From: Thraustochytrium aureum
Taxonomy: Eukaryota
DNA length: 64,000 bases
Direction of reading: 5' to 3'
Assembly: GCA_012862495.1 (NCBI GenBank)
Contig: BLSG01000238.1
Span: forward strand, 72,470-136,469
The position numbers and the translations under genes are program-made. The notes under the pieces were generated by a model, which was not told the origin of the DNA, did no database searches, and worked only from the letters and a program-made list of their open reading frames with translations. Positions 58,101 to 64,000 of this stretch are shown one piece after another; position 1 is the stretch's first letter; each line of letters begins with the position of its first letter.

Positions 58101-61100
58101 TCAATACAGTGGCGCAGGCGCCGGCTGGGCGAGGCCTGCGTCATGGCGAGCCACCCTCCCTGTGCGCGCAAGGCGGCGCAAGGTCTTGGTGTCCGAGCAG
58201 AAAAAGAGCCCGTTGGCGATTTTGCGGAGCTGCGCCACGCGCAACCCAGCGAGGAAAAGCGGTTTGCCGCGCTGCAACATGGCATCCGCCTCGCCATGCG
58301 CGTCAAGGTATATCGAACCGTATTGGAGGATGCGCGTCGCATCCACGGTGACGTACGCCGAGCTCATGCAGGCTGGCAGGAACGCGCAAACTCCTTCGCA
58401 AACAGCGCGACGGCAGTAAGTCGCATGCCGGTGAAGCACCTCATGCGTATCCCCTGCGCGGCAGGCCTCGGCGATACAGACGATCAGCCCGCAATGCAAG
58501 CAGATCATCGAGCTCTCTGCCGTCACCGCCTGGCCGCAGTCTTGGCAAACGTAGGCTTGATTGCCCGCGTTGCAAAACTTGAGGTACAGGTTGGTGTGCA
58601 GCTCCGGCAGGTTGACCAGCGCGCCGTACTCTGGCGCAACGTTCTGTACAAGCGGCGGGAGGCCAGCAACGAGAAGCGCAGTTTGCGCTGCGGAGGACTC
58701 GAGCTCAGAGGCGAGAACGTGCGTCAAGTAGGCGCAACTTGCAAAAGCCGCCCTCTGCACCACGTCCAGGTTGAGCGCCGGGGCCGTGTCGCCCGCAAGC
58801 CACGCAGCGACGTCCACCAGCCCGACAGGCTGGACGGTCGCGGAAGAGCGCCCCTCGTGCGCCCCGAGCAACAGCGACGCGCCCTGCACGAACGCGGCGA
58901 GCTGCGAAAGCGCTGCCGCCGCGTTTCCGCCAGCCCGGGCCCACGCTCGCGCGGCGACGCGCACCGGCTCCGGAACCGCTCCGTACAGTCCAGTTGCGGC
59001 AAGGGGCACACACAGAGCGTCAAGCGCGCCGGCGACGCCGCGAATCACGTCATCCAGCGAGGCAGGCCTGCCCGCAGGGCCCGACCCTGCTCCAGCGAGC
59101 CGAGGCTCGTTTCCAGCCGATCCTGTCAGCCACGCTGCGGCCTCTTGGACGCTTTCTGCTGGGAGCGCCTCCGAACCTCTGCGATCGAGCCGGGCGTTCG
59201 GGTCGGCCTCCTGCAAGCCCCCCCCGCGCCCAGCCGCCTCGGCTCGAACCCCAACACCTAGCGCAAACACGAGTTGCCCAGCAGCAACGCTGACAACTTG
59301 ATCGCGCGCGGCGCGGCCCACTGGAGCCTCGACGTCGACAAGAAGAGACTCGGCAAGGACATGGAGCAGGTTCCGCTGCGTTGCCAAAACGGCCGGCGAG
59401 AGTTGCGCACCAATGTCCCGCATCTCTGCGGGCCAAGTTGCCCTTGCGCCTGTCGAGTGGGTGTAGACACGTGCGGCCCTCAGCAAAAGCCCCAAAGTCT
59501 CGACCGCCTGCTGGGCCCCCGACTCGCCCGCGTTGACGTGGCAAAGAGCCAGCCTTGCATTCTCGGCAACAAGCGCGGAGAGCTCATCGAGTCCCAGCGG
59601 CGATCCGCGCCGACTGCTGTCGCGAGCCAGCATGCAAGGCACAGCGTCCTGAAATAGCTTGGTCACCAGGCTCGAGTAGGCAGGAGAGCACGAGACGTCG
59701 TGCAGGCCGCTGCCGATCCAACGCCTGCCCCGATCGGCGCCGCCGCAGCATCGCTGGCGGAGCAACCTGGAGCCCTTTCTGTCGGCGGACATGGACAAGG
59801 GGCACACGGCAAGACGATGTTCGCGATACTTCGGCAGATTGGGCACCGGAACTCGCCCTCGTTCACGTTGACGATGTCTTGCCCCTCTGTCAAGGACGCC
59901 TGATAACGCTGTTGGCATCCAATGTGGACATAGTGACCGCAACCCTTGAATAGTAGCGTCTTCGCCCCATTCGGCGCCCACCGCTGCGACAGTCTGCCGA
60001 AGGGCTCGAGGCCTCGCGCATGAGACAAGCGCCTGGTCGCCGCTCGGACTCTCGCCACCGCAGCAGACGCGCTGCCTTGCGCGCCGATGACCGAGAGCTG
60101 CGCAGGCCCGGACAAGTACTCGTCTTCGTGCACGCGCTCGAGCGAGCCGCTCGCAGCAAACGCGACCATCCCAAGCGGGTTTTCCAAAGACTCGCCCTCT
60201 CTGCACAGCGCGCACTCAACGACAGCGCTGTCCGAGCTCCGTGACGAGGCTCGCGCCCGGTCCGCCCCTGAATCCGCCCCGGACGGCGAGGTCGCCGCGC
60301 CAGCCCCACCGTCTGCAGGCCCGTCCAAGCGAAAGTCCCCCTCCATCGGCCGCACGCCAAGCGACGCCTCCGGGGCGTTTTCATTCATGAAGGCCGCTTG
60401 GCGCCGAGCAAACTCTGCCATAATGCGCGCTTGGCGTCTGTTCCGCTTTGACCCTGGCGTGGCTGATCCTTCTTTTGCAGCGCCGCCCTTGGTTTTCCCG
60501 CCTTGCTTTTTGGAGCTCGTGCTCAGCCCTGGCGAACCGCCCTCGTCGCGACTTGCCGACTCCCGCCTCGCTCGCGAACCATCCTCTGAAGGCAGACCCT
60601 CCGCCCCAGGCGGTTGATCGAACGGGTGCACATCCGTGCTCCCGCCACTTCCGCGGAGGCCTCGAAGGACGCCGCTCTGCCGGCGCTTCGCCTCAGACCC
60701 CCTGCGCCCAATTCGAGAGCCGGGCGACGAGCGTGAGACATCAAGGCGGTTCTTCGCCTCCCGGAACTCGCTCTGGAGCACGTCCAGGCCAGGGGCCAGC
60801 GGGGCCATCAACAGCGCAATCCGACGAATTAGCACCGAGACGAGCTCGGCGGCGTGCACCCCCCATCGCTCGTCCCCCTCAAGCTCTAGCAAGAGCATGA
60901 ACAGGGAGATGCCGATGCACGTCTCCGCGCGCGCGACGGGACAAACGGCTCGCAGCGCGCTTGACGGAGCCCAACCGCACTCGGCGGTACCAGCCGGAGG
61001 ATTGGCAGAAGCGGCTCCGAGCTCGGGCCAGGCCCACTCTGCAGCCGACCCCTGCTGCGCGGCCCCGCCGTCGGCGCCGGCACGCCCACCGCCGGGCCAG

Positions 61101-64000
61101 TAGAAAGGAATGACCTCGCACGCGTTCAGCGCTGGGCTGTTGAAAGGGAACCTGACCCGTTGGTTCACAGCGTCGACGCGATGGTTGATGGACACAGACA
61201 GGACACGCAAGTCCGAAGCGGGCGAAAACGCGTCCTGCAGCTTGTGCGAGGGCCACATCCAGTTTAGCGTCCCGTCGCAGCTGTTGCTCCTGCGGCGTCG
61301 TTCGCTCAAAAGGCTGGCTTGCTGCTCTGGAGCCCCTCCCCCTCTTGAGCTGCCCGAGGCGCCTTGGGCGCGGCGGCGCGCACTGCCCCCCGCGCTGCGC
61401 TCTCCAAGAAACTCGCGGACCTCGTCGTCATAGCTTTGCACCATGTCGATGTCCGCAGCGAGGTCGACAGCCTGGTAGAACAGGCGAAGCGCCTCAACCA
61501 GGATCCCCGGGCGCGCGAGAACTGGCTCCTTGTTGGAGCCGCGCACGCACGCGTGAACGACCCTGAACACTTGGCTGTGCAACTCGGGGTTCCAGAGGAT
61601 ATTGAACGGCATCCGCGAGAAACCGACGAGGACCGTCCGGTCCTGCGCGAGCTCCACGAGCTCCAGAATCCCATGCTCGGTGTTGACCACCGCGGGCATA
61701 GGCGAATCCACCTCCATGGACTCGGACACAGTGTCTGGGGTCGAGGAGCGCGAGCTGGCACCGTCTCCCAGAGAGCCCCCCGACGAGTGCTGGCGCCGCT
61801 CTATCTGTCGCCGCTTGCGTTTGCGCCTGTGGATCATCTTGAAGTTTTCCTCGACGACGTGCTGCTGCTCGCGCGTGTAGTGCGAGTAATAAAGGTCGAT
61901 CTCGCTGAACCAGATCGAGTCCTTGAGTACGTAAACGCCTTCGGCGTCGTTTGAGGCCGGCGGGTGGTACTCTGCCACTTGGTTCAGCACGTCCTCGATG
62001 CGGGACTCTTCCAAATAGCTGTTGTGGATCTGGCTCTCGATCGCGCTAAAAGTGCGCTTGCAATGCGCCCCCGCCGCAAGCGCGTGCACGACATGCTTGC
62101 GCAGGGTTTGCTGCTGCACCTCGCCGATGCTGGTCCGGTCGTGCGCGAGCACCCCAAGGAAGCGAAACATGCTTTCGGCCAAGTAAGCCAGATGGTCGCT
62201 GCCAACCTGCTCCAGTTCGACACGCTGGAGCCTCCGTCGCCGCCGCCCGGGGCTTGGAGTATCAAGGCCGGCCCCGTTGCTGCCGAGGACTGGCGAGCCG
62301 GCAGTCCCCGCAGACCCCATGGATGCCGAGCCTGGCGAAAAGCGCGGGTCCTGCTCTGTGGCATCACCGCCCTCGCAATCGGGCTCGAGGGGCGCAAAGT
62401 CCCTCTCGTAGGAAAACACCTGGTCCAACTCGAAGCGGCGCTCCACCAAACGCAAAAAGGTGTCGCCATCCAGCACGGCGGCGGCGTACTGGAGAATGAA
62501 AACGTCCATGTCCAGACCAGAAGCGCTCCACGCCTTGTTGACGTACTGCATCGGCTCGAACTCGATCATCGACCCGTTTCGCACCCACATGCGGGCTTGG
62601 ACTTGGGCCATTTTCACCACGACCCTGAGCGCGTGCTCGGCAACAAAAACACCAAACCCTGGCGGCAGCAAGTCTGCGCCGACGAGATCGGCCAGCAGCG
62701 ACTTTTTCCCAGCTCGTGCAGGGTCCAGGTGCGGAAAGGCCGCGAGGCGCGCGGCTTCGCCGATGGAGGTGAGCGGCTGCGTCACGCGGAGGGCGATGCG
62801 CGCGAGAGCGGCCCAAAACCGGTGCAGAGGTATGTGCACCGAGGTCATGTAGCTTGGCGACGAGACGACATGCTTGTACGAGGCGACGATCGTGGCGTCC
62901 ACGTCGTCCGTGTTGCCGTTGCCCGCGTTGGCGAACCGCATTGCAGAGAGCCCTTGGCCCTGCATCCACGAAACTAGTCGCTTTGTTGTCGCGCCAAGGA
63001 CGCCAACCACAATGGCGCTGCGCGTCTCGTCGGTGGGGGCCTCGACAAGGGCCTCCCTGAACCCGTCTGTGATGCGAAAGATGGCGAGGGCCAGGTCGAG
63101 CTCGAGCACAAAAGCAGACTCCCAATGCTTTGATATCTCGAACACGACGTGGCGGTCGCACTTGCGGGACTGGAGATTCATTTCCTGCAGTAGCAAGAGC
63201 ACGCGCAGCGCTTTCGCAAGCACATCCGGGCGCTGCAGCACGGTGTGCTTGACAACACTGCCGTGTACCAGAAGGAGGCGCAAGTCCATGACAAGCCGGT
63301 CAAAGAGGCGGTCTTTAAAAACCGGGGCCCCGCAGTCGATTACCTGGTTGGGCTCCGCACTGCTGGACAGCGACCGGAGCGGCGGGAACCCGCCGTCGTC
63401 GCCGAGCCTGCGCTGGCGCCGCGACCTCGACGGTTGTGGTTGAAGGTCGGCGCCGATGCGCTGCAGCACGTGGAGCGGGGCATGACCTGCCTGCCGACCT
63501 TGGGGCCGGCCGTTCTGCTCGAACCGCACCGTCGCAGCAGCAGCGAGCGCCTCGGTCGCCGTTTGGACATTGCCGAGCCCTGGCTGCAGCCCGCCATCGA
63601 GCATGGTGCCGCGAAACGCGGCCGCACCGGCCGCGGCGGCGGCGGCGGCCGCGGCGATGGTGTTGTGTCCGACTACCGCCGGGCCGCCAAGGCTCAAGGG
63701 GTGGTCTTCTACGGATGGCTCCATCGCCGCGACGTCAAAGCGGCGAGGGGACGAGTTGAGCTCGGCTAGGCGAAGGACGCGGTCGACGATTATTCCAAGC
63801 ATGTCTTCCGAGCTTCCCGTGACGAGCTGCCCGACCTGCGCCTCGCTGTTGCAGAGCTGACACAGCGTTCTGTCCAGGAAGTGGGTGATGCACTTGCGCA
63901 CGCTCTCGGGGCCGAACAGGTAGTTGTCCAACAGGTAGCCGTAGTGCGTGACGAACGCTCTTGTGTAGTTGGCCTTGAACCGCTCGTCGATGAGCAGCCG
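58101..64000 (-). CDS. UBR1: N-degron (N-end rule) E3 ubiquitin ligase, UBR1/UBR2/PRT6 family, 5'-partial
   Basis: SVHIPLHRF; EHALR...QVQARMWVRNGSM; LDMDVFILQ; winged-helix LRKHVVHAL...IEDVLNQVAEY...GVYVLKD; RQARIMAEFARRQAAFM; RING CALC...GCGHYVHIGC...EGEFRCPICRSIANIVLP; C-terminal CLHCG..C and SIYLDAHGEAD..LQRGKPLFL. One-base indel near 59705. Confidence 0.92.

Noticed and set aside
9060..59720. Widespread programmed frameshifting, RNA editing or pseudogenisation (more than 10 frame breaks)
   Set aside because: Breaks occur in both directions, at unrelated 1-5 nt G/C/A/T runs with no shared slippery motif, and in essential genes with otherwise intact motifs (FPPS, USO1, ATG2, UBR). This is typical of homopolymer sequencing error; read mapping would confirm.

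Overview
GC-rich, gene-dense, intron-poor eukaryotic nuclear scaffold with many N gaps. The style (few short GT-AG introns, CAAA/GCCT microsatellites, PSxxPS mucin repeats) suggests a stramenopile such as a thraustochytrid; this is inference only. From left to right it carries a tandem-GAF protein, a PDZ plus giant coiled-coil protein, a 25-bp palindromic minisatellite in a divergent intergenic region, a multi-C2/transmembrane/PH (MCTP-like) protein, USO1/p115, farnesyl diphosphate synthase, a SMYD-like SET protein, ATG2, an uncharacterised Cys-rich type II membrane protein, a poorly resolved minus-strand gene, a mucin-like type I membrane protein, a UhpC/GlpT-type MFS transporter and a UBR1/PRT6-type N-recognin. 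Most genes are broken by single-base indels at short homopolymers, which I read as assembly errors rather than pseudogenisation or recoding. I found no tRNA, rRNA, CRISPR array or recognisable transposon, and no clearly new multi-gene system. The best leads are the nested-C2 MCTP architecture, a canonical FFAT motif in ATG2, a membrane-anchored FPPS with an altered chain-length site, the Cys-rich orphan family and the phased 25-bp array.
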